Source: PVC group bacterium (GTDB taxonomy: Bacteria; Auribacterota; Erginobacteria; Erginobacterales; Erginobacteraceae). Taken from it: DNA of 40,209 nucleotides. Below, piece by piece: positions 17,753 to 26,795 of the stretch (the stretch's first letter is position 1; each line of letters opens with the position of its first letter). A program made the translations under genes and the position numbers. The stretch lies in contig JAZDIV010000155.1 of NCBI GenBank assembly GCA_043804695.1, positions 1 through 40,209 on the forward strand. The letters are read 5' to 3'. The notes beneath the pieces were generated by a model, which worked only from the letters and a program-made list of their open reading frames with translations, made no database searches and had not been told where the DNA came from.

Positions 17753-18607
17753 ATGGAAACGCTGATGGACATTCCCCTGGACGCGATCTCCGTTCCCAAG
17801 GACCACATCCGTGTCCAGAGCATTGATGAAAAAGCCCTCAAAAAACTCTCGGAATCCATCCTCTCCGCCGGATTGCTGGTCCGGATCCTCCTCCGGCCGG
17901 TGGGGGAGGGGAGATATGAACTGGTGGACGGCGAGCGGCGCTTTTGCGCCTTTCGGTCTCTCTACGAGCAGGAAGGTCAAAAGTGGGTCGCCATCCCGGC
18001 CATCGTGGAGGAGATGACGCCGAAGGAAGCCGTCCGCCGCCAGGTAACGATCAACGAGAACCGGGAGGACCTCACCCCCTTCGAGAAGGCCAAGGGCTAC
18101 AAGCTGGCCTGGGAGACCGGCTACTTCAAGAGCTACCGGGAGCTGGCCACGACGGTGGGGAAGTCCCACACCTCGGTCGTCCGGTCGATCGGCATCTTCG
18201 ACAAATTCCCCCCGGAGATCGTCAAAGGTTTCGAGGACGGGACCATTAAACAGGCGTATCTCAAATCGTTCTATCGGCTTCCCAATCAAAAGGCGATGCT
18301 TAAAGTTTACCGGGAGATTGTGCGCAATAAACTGAAGTCGGCGCAGGTCCGCGAATTAGTGAATCAGCTTGATGAAAAATGGTTGAGCGGTGATCGGGAA
18401 CTCCTCCGCCAGCTGGCGGAGAACGATTCCACCATCAAGGAGCTGTTAGGGAGCGAGATCGAGATCGCCGATCTCGTCAACAAGAGCAAACTAACCTTTA
18501 ATTATACCAATCTCACCCGCGCCAAGCAGTTGGTCAAGCTCATGAATGCTTTAATGGGGAGTGGTGTCTTTGCCACCACTTTGGCGGAATACCATAGGAA
18601 ACAATGA
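17753..18607 (+). CDS. ParB/RepB/Spo0J family protein (orphan, no parA nearby)
   Basis: IPLDAI, LSESI..GLL, YELVDGERR, ENREDLTPFEKA, HTH SYRELATTVGKSHTSVVRSI. RBS GGAGG 17743-17747. Confidence 0.85.
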   Translation: METLMDIPLDAISVPKDHIRVQSIDEKALKKLSESILSAGLLVRILLRPVGEGRYELVDGERRFCAFRSLYEQEGQKWVAIPAIVEEMTPKEAVRRQVTINENREDLTPFEKAKGYKLAWETGYFKSYRELATTVGKSHTSVVRSIGIFDKFPPEIVKGFEDGTIKQAYLKSFYRLPNQKAMLKVYREIVRNKLKSAQVRELVNQLDEKWLSGDRELLRQLAENDSTIKELLGSEIEIADLVNKSKLTFNYTNLTRAKQLVKLMNALMGSGVFATTLAEYHRKQ

Positions 18608-18763
18608 GTTACAACCACTCCGCGCCCAAAATCAGAAAAAATTCATGGACAAACCGGCATCCTAAGCCAATTTATGTTCTTTATCAAGCGGCCGGTTGTA
18701 ATGACTGACAGAAAAAGTTATCAAGGAAATTGAAATATTTGCTCCGTCCCCGAATAACTCAAT

Positions 18764-19201
18764 ATGAATAAGTCAAGAAGTCAAGAACGTCCCCGCCTCC
18801 AAGAAAAATTAACGGCAGAGAATATCTGCCCGGATTTCCCCCGGTGGCCGGAAAGCTGGCAGGGAGACAGGGAAGATATCCCCTACGGACTGGGTTTGAT
18901 TGACGAGATGCGCCCGTTTATCTCCCACCTCATCGACTCCGGCCTGGGAAAAAAGACCATCCGGAACCATATGAACAATCTCTGGCTGCTGGGCGGAGAG
19001 ATTATCCGTTGGGTTAATACCTATGAAGAATACGCCATCCCGCCGGCCGAAAATCTCCGAAGAAACGTTGACGAGGAAGGCGGCCCTTACTGCCGCCATT
19101 TGAATACGGAAGCCGAGCAAAGATCATTCGACTCGACCTGCCGAAAGCTGCACCGGTTTCTGTGCCTAAAGCAAGAGGCATTATTGGATGAATCAACCTG
19201 A
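18764..19201 (+). CDS. Hypothetical protein (145 aa; weak resemblance to integrase N-terminal SAM-like helices)
   Basis: Plausible globular composition. Segment FISHLIDSGLGKKTIRNHMNNL. No catalytic recombinase domain follows. Confidence 0.6.
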   Translation: MNKSRSQERPRLQEKLTAENICPDFPRWPESWQGDREDIPYGLGLIDEMRPFISHLIDSGLGKKTIRNHMNNLWLLGGEIIRWVNTYEEYAIPPAENLRRNVDEEGGPYCRHLNTEAEQRSFDSTCRKLHRFLCLKQEALLDEST

Positions 19202-19397
19202 CGGTCTGACGGAAGAAGAAAGCAGGTTTCTGGTGACAACAACGCAACAATGCAACACCGTCCCTCAGACCAAAGACTCGACCCGGTTTCAATGGCATGA
19301 CGTAAGAAAAATTGACCATTATTATCTCTCGGTAAACGCGATAACGAAGCCGATGGAAATAAAAGAGGACAAAAAAGCGTTTGGGGATAATCAATGA
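19188..19397 (+). CDS. Small hypothetical protein (69 aa)
   Basis: Overlaps both neighbours (ATGA overlap at 19394). No recognisable motif. Confidence 0.3.
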   Translation: MNQPDGLTEEESRFLVTTTQQCNTVPQTKDSTRFQWHDVRKIDHYYLSVNAITKPMEIKEDKKAFGDNQ

Positions 19398-20080
19398 AAG
19401 AGGAATTCATGACGGGCAAACCGACAAAGCCGAATAGCAGGTTGGCAGGACATTACGATTTGATCCTTGGGGATATCTCCAGTCTCATCGAGGCGGCCAG
19501 GCTGACGGCGGCCCTTTCAATCAACAGCATTATGACGGCGGCTTATTGGCTGATCGGGCGGCGGATCGTGGAGTTCGAGCAGAAAGGCAAAGAGCGCGCC
19601 GATTACGGCGAAGAACTCCTCGAACAGCTTTCAACAGATCTGGGCAGCCGCGTTGGTCGGGGATTCGGTGTGGATAATTTGCAAAGAATGCGCGCTTTTT
19701 ACTTATGTTATCCCCCCGCAAAAATTTACGCGACACTGTCGCGTAAATCTCAATATCATGAATTGCTGCCTGGGAAATCCTCGACAGCGTCGCGTAATTC
19801 TGATCTGGCGCTTCCGGATAAATTCCAGATGAAGTCTGGAAAATCTCTTGGGCGTGAGCTCAAGATAATCGCAGAGTGCTTTCCCCTCCCGTGGTCTGCT
19901 TATGTGCGCCTGCTTGCGGTCAAGAACGAACAGGCTCGAAAGTTCTACGAGACCGAAGCCTTACGTGGCGGTTGGTCGGTGCGGCAACTCGACCGACAGA
20001 TCAATTCCCAGTTCTACGAACGGACAGCCCTTTCCCGAAACAAGGCAGTCATGTTAATCAAGGGGGAAAAGACTGGTTGA
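19394..20080 (+). pseudogene. DUF1016/YhcG family, N-terminal domain only
   Basis: YWLIGRRIVEFEQKG..RADYG, RGF..NL.RMR.FY, LPWSAY..LL, WSVRQLDRQINSQFYER. It stops before the C-terminal PD-(D/E)xK nuclease half. Alternative start ATG 19409. Confidence 0.8.
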
Positions 20081-20375
20081 TTAATTTCGGGGGGAGCCGG
20101 ACATACGAGTTCTCGGATTTAATGGTTCTGCTCGGCATAGGAAATATTCTGGGGACCATCTGTTCCTCGCTGCATCCCATCAGCGAGATCTGCCAACAAA
20201 CAGTTAGAGATTCTGGGAACGGGATTTTGGGAGACATTATTAATGCACGGATCTCGGCGGTCCGAGAATATGTTTCAATAATCTTGGGGGCAAAGCAAAA
20301 TTCCCTAGGCGGCGCCTTAAAGAACCATTACTCAAGTTAAAAATAGCGGCCGTAAATCTTCTGGATAAGATACTG

Positions 20376-20630
20376 TTGGAGATCAGCGTTTTCTTCGGGG
20401 AACTCATTGAACTGCTACAGAGAGATCAGAAAAATATTACGGAAGCCACCCGCATCTGTATTGAATTTAACCCGGATCTGAAGGAAGAAAAAATTGAATG
20501 CCTCCGGGAGCTGGAAAAGGCCGAAGAGAAATTCAAGAAAGAAGATGAAGGGAAAGCTCCCCTGAAAACCGAAACTGAGCCTAAGCCCCCGTTCGCGGCA
20601 TTAGACATGAAAGGGGGCTTTAGAGAATAA
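20376..20630 (+). CDS. Small hypothetical protein or gene remnant
   Basis: Charged helical-looking 84-aa ORF with a TTG start. No motif. Confidence 0.3.
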   Translation: MEISVFFGELIELLQRDQKNITEATRICIEFNPDLKEEKIECLRELEKAEEKFKKEDEGKAPLKTETEPKPPFAALDMKGGFRE

Positions 20631-20715
20631 CAAAGCAGTACGTCTTCAAATCACAAATCACTTTTACAGCAATTGTGATAAAGTTAATAACGTTCTCTAA
20701 ATAGAAGGGGTGATT

Positions 20716-21660
20716 ATGATTATTATGTCGGACAGAAAACTTATTGAAGTTCCGTTCGATAACGAACAGGAGATTGAGGATGTTGTACTCACCAACTTCG
20801 AGCACTTCTTCGGGCCGTCGTCGATCCTGATCCCGAAGGCCAAGATCAAAACCAAGGACGGGTTTGGGACGATACCGGATGGATTCGCGATCGATCTGGC
20901 CTCGCGGAGCTGGTACGTGGTCGAGGTCGAGCTGCTCCGGCACAACGTTTGGACCCACATCGCCCCCCAGGTTTCCAAGCAGCTTATCGCGGTTCGGCGG
21001 CCCGATACCGGCAAGCTATTGTCGGAAATCATCGTGGAGATGATCGCCGAATCAGAGGAGATCAAAGAGAAGTTTCATGATGAGGGGATTCGGGAGATCA
21101 ATATACGTAAGGTCCTTGGCGAGATCTTCGCAAAACCGCCGATTATAGGGATGCCGATTGACGCGGTATCCGACGACCTCCGCGAATGGGCCGAAACCCT
21201 GAAGAACGATAGCCGGCTTTGGATTGTCCGGAAGTTCATCGAATATGGAAAACCGGAAGTCGTTGCCTACGACATCCCCGAGGAGTTTCGCCCGGCAGTT
21301 GATACTACAGAGCAGGATGCCTCTCGAAAAGCCGGCCTCAAGTATTATGATGTCAGAATTGCGGACCTGATTGAGGCTGGCCTCCTTACCCCGGGGGAGG
21401 AACTGATCCACAGCTACAAACCTCGGGGCGCCCAGAGAAGGATGGATACAGCCAGGGTAGGGAAGGATGGAAAACTCGAGGTTCTGGGAGAAAAGTTTTC
21501 CAGCCCCTCTTACGCTGCCCTCTATTGCATTAACGCCGCTGGGAGTTCCCGGAGAACGGTCAATGGTTGGACCAGTTGGAAGGCTAAATCGGGTAAAATC
21601 CTGGCCCAGCTCCGTTCAGCCTATCTTAGCCAAAAGGAAAAGGAAGCCGAGCAGGAATAA
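20716..21660 (+). CDS. Putative PD-(D/E)xK-like endonuclease fused to a C-terminal RAMA-like domain
   Basis: N-terminal EQEIED..IPDGFAID..YVVEVEL. C-terminal IADLIEAGLL.PGEEL..A.V..DG.L..GE.FSSPS.AA..NGWTSW. RBS AGGGG before ATG 20716. Confidence 0.72.
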   Translation: MIIMSDRKLIEVPFDNEQEIEDVVLTNFEHFFGPSSILIPKAKIKTKDGFGTIPDGFAIDLASRSWYVVEVELLRHNVWTHIAPQVSKQLIAVRRPDTGKLLSEIIVEMIAESEEIKEKFHDEGIREINIRKVLGEIFAKPPIIGMPIDAVSDDLREWAETLKNDSRLWIVRKFIEYGKPEVVAYDIPEEFRPAVDTTEQDASRKAGLKYYDVRIADLIEAGLLTPGEELIHSYKPRGAQRRMDTARVGKDGKLEVLGEKFSSPSYAALYCINAAGSSRRTVNGWTSWKAKSGKILAQLRSAYLSQKEKEAEQE

Positions 21661-21834
21661 AGCAACCATGTCCCATAGGTTCTATCTTCGGGTAAAGCCG
21701 GACACGGTTTACACATGTATCGGCAAGAAAGGATTGCTTGCCCACAAGATTGGCAGGCCATAGAAGATGAAACGGAGCGAGGTAAACGCCTGGGGCCGAA
21801 GCGGCAACGTAGCCTCTGAGAGAAAAAAGTAAGT

Positions 21835-23820
21835 ATGGCAACGGTTCTGGACAAAGGAAAGCTTAATAACCTCGCCAACGAAATCTGGAAATCCGCTGAA
21901 CGCTTGCGCGGGAAGTTTAAGCCTTACGAATATCAGAACGTTATTCTGCCTATTATCGTCATTCGCCGCCTGGAATGCGTGCTGATCGCTTGGCGAGAGG
22001 AAAAGCGTGATGAGGTGTCGGCTAAACGGCCCAAGATTGCCGAAAAGGAACTCGCCAAGCTGGTGAAAGGCATGGAAACCGGCACGGCCCCGTTTTCCAA
22101 CAAGACCGACTGGACGCTTCGTAAGGTTTACGAAGAAGATCCCACACTCCTGGAAGATAACTTCCGCGCTTATATCAACGGTTTTTCCAAGAAAGTTGAC
22201 GACATCATCGAGCACTTCAACTACCGGGCCACTATCAGTCAGATGGTGAAAAATAACCGCCTGGCGCCAATTCTGAGCCAGTATAAAGAATTGGAGGTCG
22301 GCCCGGACAAGCTGTCGAACCTCGAGATGGGCTACATCTACGAAGAACTGCTCCGGCGGTTTTCGGAACAGAGCGGAGAAGATGCCGGAGAGCATTTCAC
22401 CCCGCGCGAGGTCATTCGCCTGATGGTCGAGCTCATAGAGATCCCCATACCGGAGAAGCATCTCTCCATCTACGACCCCGCCGCCGGAACCGGCGGCATG
22501 TTGTCGGTGGCTAAGGAACACCTGCTCGCCCGCGCCTCCACGCCCAAGGAAAAGGTGGCCGTCGAGAAATACGTCACAGTTGATGGGCAGGAGCTTTCTC
22601 CGACGAACTATGCTATCTGCCAAGCCGATTTGCTCATCAAAAACGATCAGCAGGCCAAGGTGCATCTTGGCAATTCGCTCATCCCGTACGACTCTCACAG
22701 CAAAGAGCCTGGAGACCATTATCCCGAATCAAAGTTCAATTTCGACTTCATGCTATCCAATCCGCCCTTTGGCGTTACCTGGGGCGGCAAAGATGGATAT
22801 GAGGCTGAGGCGCGAAAATTGGAGACTACCCGCTACCAGGCCGGGATGCCGCGCGTGAACGACGGCGCGTTGCTCTTTCTCCAAACCATGCTCGCCAAAA
22901 TGAAACCCGCCAAACAGGGGGGCAGCCGCATCGCCATTATCTTCAACGGTTCGCCCCTCTCTAACGGGAACTGCGGTTCTGGTGAAAGCGAAATCCGCCG
23001 CTGGATTCTGGAGAACGACTGGCTTGATGCCATCGTTATGCTCCCCGACCAGCTTTTCTACAACACCGGCATCTTTACCTACATCTGGCTTTTGCGGAAC
23101 AATAAACCAGCGGATCATCGCGGGCGCGTGATGCTCATAGACGCACGTCAGCAGTTTGAGAAGGAACCAAAGTCATTCGGTAATAAGCGCAACCGTATCA
23201 CTGACGCCCATCGCGCTTGGATCGAAGAGCGCTATCGCGATGGCTGGAAGAAGGGCTTCGCCGACGAGCAGGTGAAGATTTTTCGGCGGGAGAATTTCGC
23301 TTACCACAAGATCAGCGTTGTCTTTTGGCAATTCGATGAAAACGATCAACCGGCGATCGTCACCGAACCGTATGAGAAGGCATTCACCGCAGCAAATCTC
23401 AAGAAGGAGCAGGAGTTCTACAATAGCGACTTAACCTTTCACGTTCGGATCAGGGCAGGGAAAGATGAGAAAGTCGCGACGCTCATACTCGCTCCGAACG
23501 ATAATGCATCCAAGAAGTTCAAGATTCTGATGGAGAACAGCCCGGAAATCCTCTCCGTTGAATGGACACATCGCCAGTACATTCAGGATGACGAATACAT
23601 CCCGCATGGTGAGGACATCGAAGCGTTTCTGAAGCGGGAAATTGCCAAGCCCATTATCGGTTGGGAGGACAGCCCCCAGCTCGGCTACGAGATTTTGCCG
23701 AATAAGTACTTTTACCGCTACCAGCCTCCCAAGCCTGCGAAGGATTTACTGGCCGAGTTCTGGCGGCTGGAGAAGGAGGCGGAGAAGATGCTGGATGGTT
23801 TGGCGACGAGCACAAGATGA
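21835..23820 (+). CDS. hsdM: Type I R-M methyltransferase subunit (N6-adenine)
   Basis: IWKSAERLRG, YEELLRRFSE, GEHFTPREVI, DPAAGTGG (motif I), SNPPF (motif IV), LFYNTGI, GYEI..NKYFY.Y.PP. Confidence 0.95.
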   Translation: MATVLDKGKLNNLANEIWKSAERLRGKFKPYEYQNVILPIIVIRRLECVLIAWREEKRDEVSAKRPKIAEKELAKLVKGMETGTAPFSNKTDWTLRKVYEEDPTLLEDNFRAYINGFSKKVDDIIEHFNYRATISQMVKNNRLAPILSQYKELEVGPDKLSNLEMGYIYEELLRRFSEQSGEDAGEHFTPREVIRLMVELIEIPIPEKHLSIYDPAAGTGGMLSVAKEHLLARASTPKEKVAVEKYVTVDGQELSPTNYAICQADLLIKNDQQAKVHLGNSLIPYDSHSKEPGDHYPESKFNFDFMLSNPPFGVTWGGKDGYEAEARKLETTRYQAGMPRVNDGALLFLQTMLAKMKPAKQGGSRIAIIFNGSPLSNGNCGSGESEIRRWILENDWLDAIVMLPDQLFYNTGIFTYIWLLRNNKPADHRGRVMLIDARQQFEKEPKSFGNKRNRITDAHRAWIEERYRDGWKKGFADEQVKIFRRENFAYHKISVVFWQFDENDQPAIVTEPYEKAFTAANLKKEQEFYNSDLTFHVRIRAGKDEKVATLILAPNDNASKKFKILMENSPEILSVEWTHRQYIQDDEYIPHGEDIEAFLKREIAKPIIGWEDSPQLGYEILPNKYFYRYQPPKPAKDLLAEFWRLEKEAEKMLDGLATSTR

Positions 23821-25121
23821 ACAATCAGCACGACAGCTTCCTGGATTCCTTGCCTCATGGTTGGACTTTCGACCGGCTCAAAGATGTTGCCGCGCTTCGT
23901 AACGATAAAACTGACGAGGCGAGCGCGGATGAGGATTATCTTGAGCTAGAAGACTTGGAATCTGGCACAGGGCGAATCCTAAACCGCCGCAATACGCTTG
24001 AGGTCGAAAGTGCGGTCACGCTGTTCAAAAAGGGTGACGTGCTTTTCGGTAAGCTGCGTCCTTACCTCGAAAAGTATTATGAAGCCGAATTTAATGGCAA
24101 ATGCACCGGCGAAATCCTTGCATTCAAGCCGGAGCGGATATCGAGCCGTTTCCTCTTCTACTGCGTTGGGTCGCGCTGGTTTATCGAACTCTGCAACGCA
24201 CTCGCCTATGGTGCGAAGATGCCGCGCGTCAGTTGGCCAACGCAGCTATCTCAATTCAACATCCCGCTACCGCCGCAGCCGGAGCAACAGCGAATCGCGG
24301 CATATCTGGATGCGAGTTGCGCGGCGATTGACGCGGCGGTGGCTGCCAAGAGCCGGCAACTCGAAACGCTTGACGACCTCCGCAAGACCATCATTGCGCA
24401 GGCAGTCACGAAGGGATTGAATCCGACCGTCGCAATGCAGAGGACCGGAGTCGATTGGTTCGGACAAATTCCGAAGAACTGGCGTTGTGAACATCTCAAA
24501 CGATTTGCGACACGCATTCAGACCGGCTGCACGCCGCCGACCAACACGCCCGACTATTATTTCGACGGAACGATCTCTTGGTTCGCACCCGGCAGCTATG
24601 ACGGCGACATTGAACTGCGCAAACCGCGCAAACTCATCAATGAACTTGGCCGGCGCGATGGCGTGCTAAGAATGTTTCCCGCCAACACTGTTTTCCTCGT
24701 AGGCATCGGTGCGACGATTGGCAAGGTGGGGCTGATTCGACAGGAAGCAGCGTGTAATCAGCAAATCATCGGCATCGTGTCAAACCACCGGATGCTTGGC
24801 CGCTACCTCGCCTACCAGTTCAAGATTTACGAGGACGTCATACATAGCATCGCATCGGCGACGACTCTCCCGATTTTCGATCAAGTTAAAACAGGCTATC
24901 TTCCGACACTCCAGCCTCCCCGCTTCGAACAAGGAGCCATTTGCGCTTTCCTCGACGCAAAACTCGCGGAGGTGAAGCGCATCGTCGCCGGTATTGAGAC
25001 CCAAATCTCCACACTCACCGCATACCGCAAATCTCTAATTCACGAGTGCGTCACTGGCCAGCGGCGGGTGACGGAAGCGGATGTGAGGCGGGCGGGTTCA
25101 GATTGTAGTTGCATTTTGTAA
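23817..25121 (+). CDS. hsdS: Type I R-M specificity subunit
   Basis: Two TRDs with conserved spacers PLPP..EQQRIAAYLD, AVTKGL..W.G.IP..W, EQ.AI..FLD and RKSLI.E.VTG. ATGA overlap with hsdM. Confidence 0.93.
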   Translation: MNNQHDSFLDSLPHGWTFDRLKDVAALRNDKTDEASADEDYLELEDLESGTGRILNRRNTLEVESAVTLFKKGDVLFGKLRPYLEKYYEAEFNGKCTGEILAFKPERISSRFLFYCVGSRWFIELCNALAYGAKMPRVSWPTQLSQFNIPLPPQPEQQRIAAYLDASCAAIDAAVAAKSRQLETLDDLRKTIIAQAVTKGLNPTVAMQRTGVDWFGQIPKNWRCEHLKRFATRIQTGCTPPTNTPDYYFDGTISWFAPGSYDGDIELRKPRKLINELGRRDGVLRMFPANTVFLVGIGATIGKVGLIRQEAACNQQIIGIVSNHRMLGRYLAYQFKIYEDVIHSIASATTLPIFDQVKTGYLPTLQPPRFEQGAICAFLDAKLAEVKRIVAGIETQISTLTAYRKSLIHECVTGQRRVTEADVRRAGSDCSCIL

Positions 25122-25149
25122 GGAAAACTGGTCATATTTCCTTACAGAA
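25109..25149 (+). promoter_or_regulatory. Candidate promoter/operator of the AbiE-type pair: inverted repeat TGTAAGGAAA-N10-TTTCCTTACA
   Basis: Perfect 10-bp inverted repeat at 25117-25126 and 25137-25146, overlapping a possible TTGCAT..(T)CATAT(T) promoter and ending 19 nt before ATG 25166. Confidence 0.7.
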
Positions 25150-25165
25150 TTATTGCCGTGTCAAT

Positions 25166-25783
25166 ATGCAATCAATTGATAACAAGATGGTTGCGCGTAT
25201 ACGTGGTTATGGCAGGGGCCGGTGCTTCTCTCCGGCTGATTTTAAGGATATTGGTAATACTTCCGCCGTATGGACAGCATTATCCCGCCTAACCCAGCGT
25301 GGGATCATTCGCCGGGTGGCGCAGGGGCTTTACGATTTCCCCCGAAAGCATCCTGAGATTGGGACGCTCTCGCCCAGTCCGGATACTGTGGCTCAAGCGT
25401 TGTCGAGAAGCCGATCTATCCGCATTCAACCCACCGGCGCTTATGCGGCTAATCTTCTCGGCCTTTCGGAGCAGGTGCCGGCCCGCATTGTATTCCTGAC
25501 CGACGGCGCGCCGCGCCGTGTCCGATTTGGTAACCAGGAAATCGTTTTGCGGCGCACGACGCCTCGCAATATGGCAACCGCCGGTCGCATCAGCGGTACG
25601 GTAATCCAGGCGCTTAGATTCATTGGCAAAGATCGAATTGTCCCGCAGCACATAAATATACTCAAAAAGAGGTTAAACGGCCGGGAGAAGCGGGAACTTC
25701 TCAAGGATCGCCAATATGCTCCTGGCTGGATGCGGCGCCCGTTGATGGAAATCGCGGAGGGGGAGGGGATGCCGCATGCTTGA
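25166..25783 (+). CDS. AbiEi-like antitoxin / transcriptional regulator (DUF6088-like)
   Basis: wHTH FSPADF..ALSRL..G.IRRVAQGLY, GAYAANLLGLSEQVP..FLTDG, VIQALRFIGKD. ATG 25166 is preferred over TTG 25109. Confidence 0.85.
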   Translation: MQSIDNKMVARIRGYGRGRCFSPADFKDIGNTSAVWTALSRLTQRGIIRRVAQGLYDFPRKHPEIGTLSPSPDTVAQALSRSRSIRIQPTGAYAANLLGLSEQVPARIVFLTDGAPRRVRFGNQEIVLRRTTPRNMATAGRISGTVIQALRFIGKDRIVPQHINILKKRLNGREKRELLKDRQYAPGWMRRPLMEIAEGEGMPHA

Positions 25784-26795
25784 GTTTGCCTGCAGGCCCA
25801 GGGATGAACTTGCGCGAATTTTCCGTGAGGTGGGAGCACAGCGCACCATCGGTCCATATATCGTCGAGAAGGACTTCTGGGTTTGCTGGCTTTTAGGGCT
25901 GATTTTTACCGATGCAAAACTCGTCGGACACCTAATTTTCAAGGGTGGGACATCGCTATCGAAAGTGTTCAGCATTACTAAACGGTTTTCGGAGGATATT
26001 GACCTCTCCGTAGATCCGGACTGGCTCGGCTTCAGCGGTAAAGCGAGCCCTGAAGCCGCGCCCAATCGGTCGCAGTTCGACAAGCGCATTAAAGCCCTTG
26101 AGGCGTCCTGCGCCGCGACGGTACGTGACCGGTTCTTGCCGGTTTTGGTGCGGCACATTGTCAAGCACCTGCCGGGCATAGCCTCGTCGGCGCTCACGTT
26201 CGAAGTGGACCCGGCAACGCATTCCCCGGTTCTGTTGTTTGCCTATCCGCGGGCCGGTGATACCACCGGCTCATTGCGACCGCAGGTGAAATTAGAGTTC
26301 GGCTCGCTTTACGACCAGCGGCCCACGGGCAGTCACACGGTTATACCGCTGGCGGCGGAGGTTTTTCCGGCCATGTTTCGTGAGGCGGCGTGTCCCGTGG
26401 TGGCGCTCGAAGCGGAACGGACTTTCTGGGAAAAGGCGACGATCCTCCATGCCGAATATCATCGTCCCGCGGATAAGCCTCCGCCCGTCGGTCTTTCGCG
26501 TCATTACTACGATCTGTATTGTTTGAGCCGAAGCACGGCCGGGGAAAGGGCGCTGGCGGACACGAATTTGCTCACCCGAGTGCGCAAACACAAACAAACA
26601 TATTTCCGGTCGGTCTGGGCGCATTACGACACGGCCATACCCGGCGCTTTTCGTCTTGCTCCAAACCCTGCGCGTCGCCCGGCAATCGAACGGGACTACC
26701 GTGGCATGGCGGATATGTTCATGGCTACACCGCCGGCTTTCGTCGCGATCATGGCGCAACTGGATGCGGTTGAGAGGCGGATCAATGGCGCGTAA
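25776..26795 (+). CDS. AbiEii/AbiGii-family nucleotidyltransferase toxin
   Basis: VEKDFWVCW.L, FKGGTSLSK..RFSEDIDL, ERTFWEKATILH, SRHYYDL. 8-nt overlap with the antitoxin. Confidence 0.92.
   Translation: MLEFACRPRDELARIFREVGAQRTIGPYIVEKDFWVCWLLGLIFTDAKLVGHLIFKGGTSLSKVFSITKRFSEDIDLSVDPDWLGFSGKASPEAAPNRSQFDKRIKALEASCAATVRDRFLPVLVRHIVKHLPGIASSALTFEVDPATHSPVLLFAYPRAGDTTGSLRPQVKLEFGSLYDQRPTGSHTVIPLAAEVFPAMFREAACPVVALEAERTFWEKATILHAEYHRPADKPPPVGLSRHYYDLYCLSRSTAGERALADTNLLTRVRKHKQTYFRSVWAHYDTAIPGAFRLAPNPARRPAIERDYRGMADMFMATPPAFVAIMAQLDAVERRINGA

Noticed and set aside
18764..19201. 145-aa ORF as the island integrase
   Set aside because: Too short, and it lacks the tyrosine-recombinase R..HxxR..Y catalytic domain.
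19876..20340. 154-aa ORF as the frameshifted continuation of DUF1016
   Set aside because: The sequence shows none of the C-terminal YhcG nuclease motifs.
26656..26784. ORF-track upstream starts for hsdR (26656), the PLD gene (31639), the antitoxin (25109) and lolD (9107)
   Set aside because: The extensions overlap upstream genes, operators or repeats. Downstream ATGs give typical coupling and family-like N-termini.
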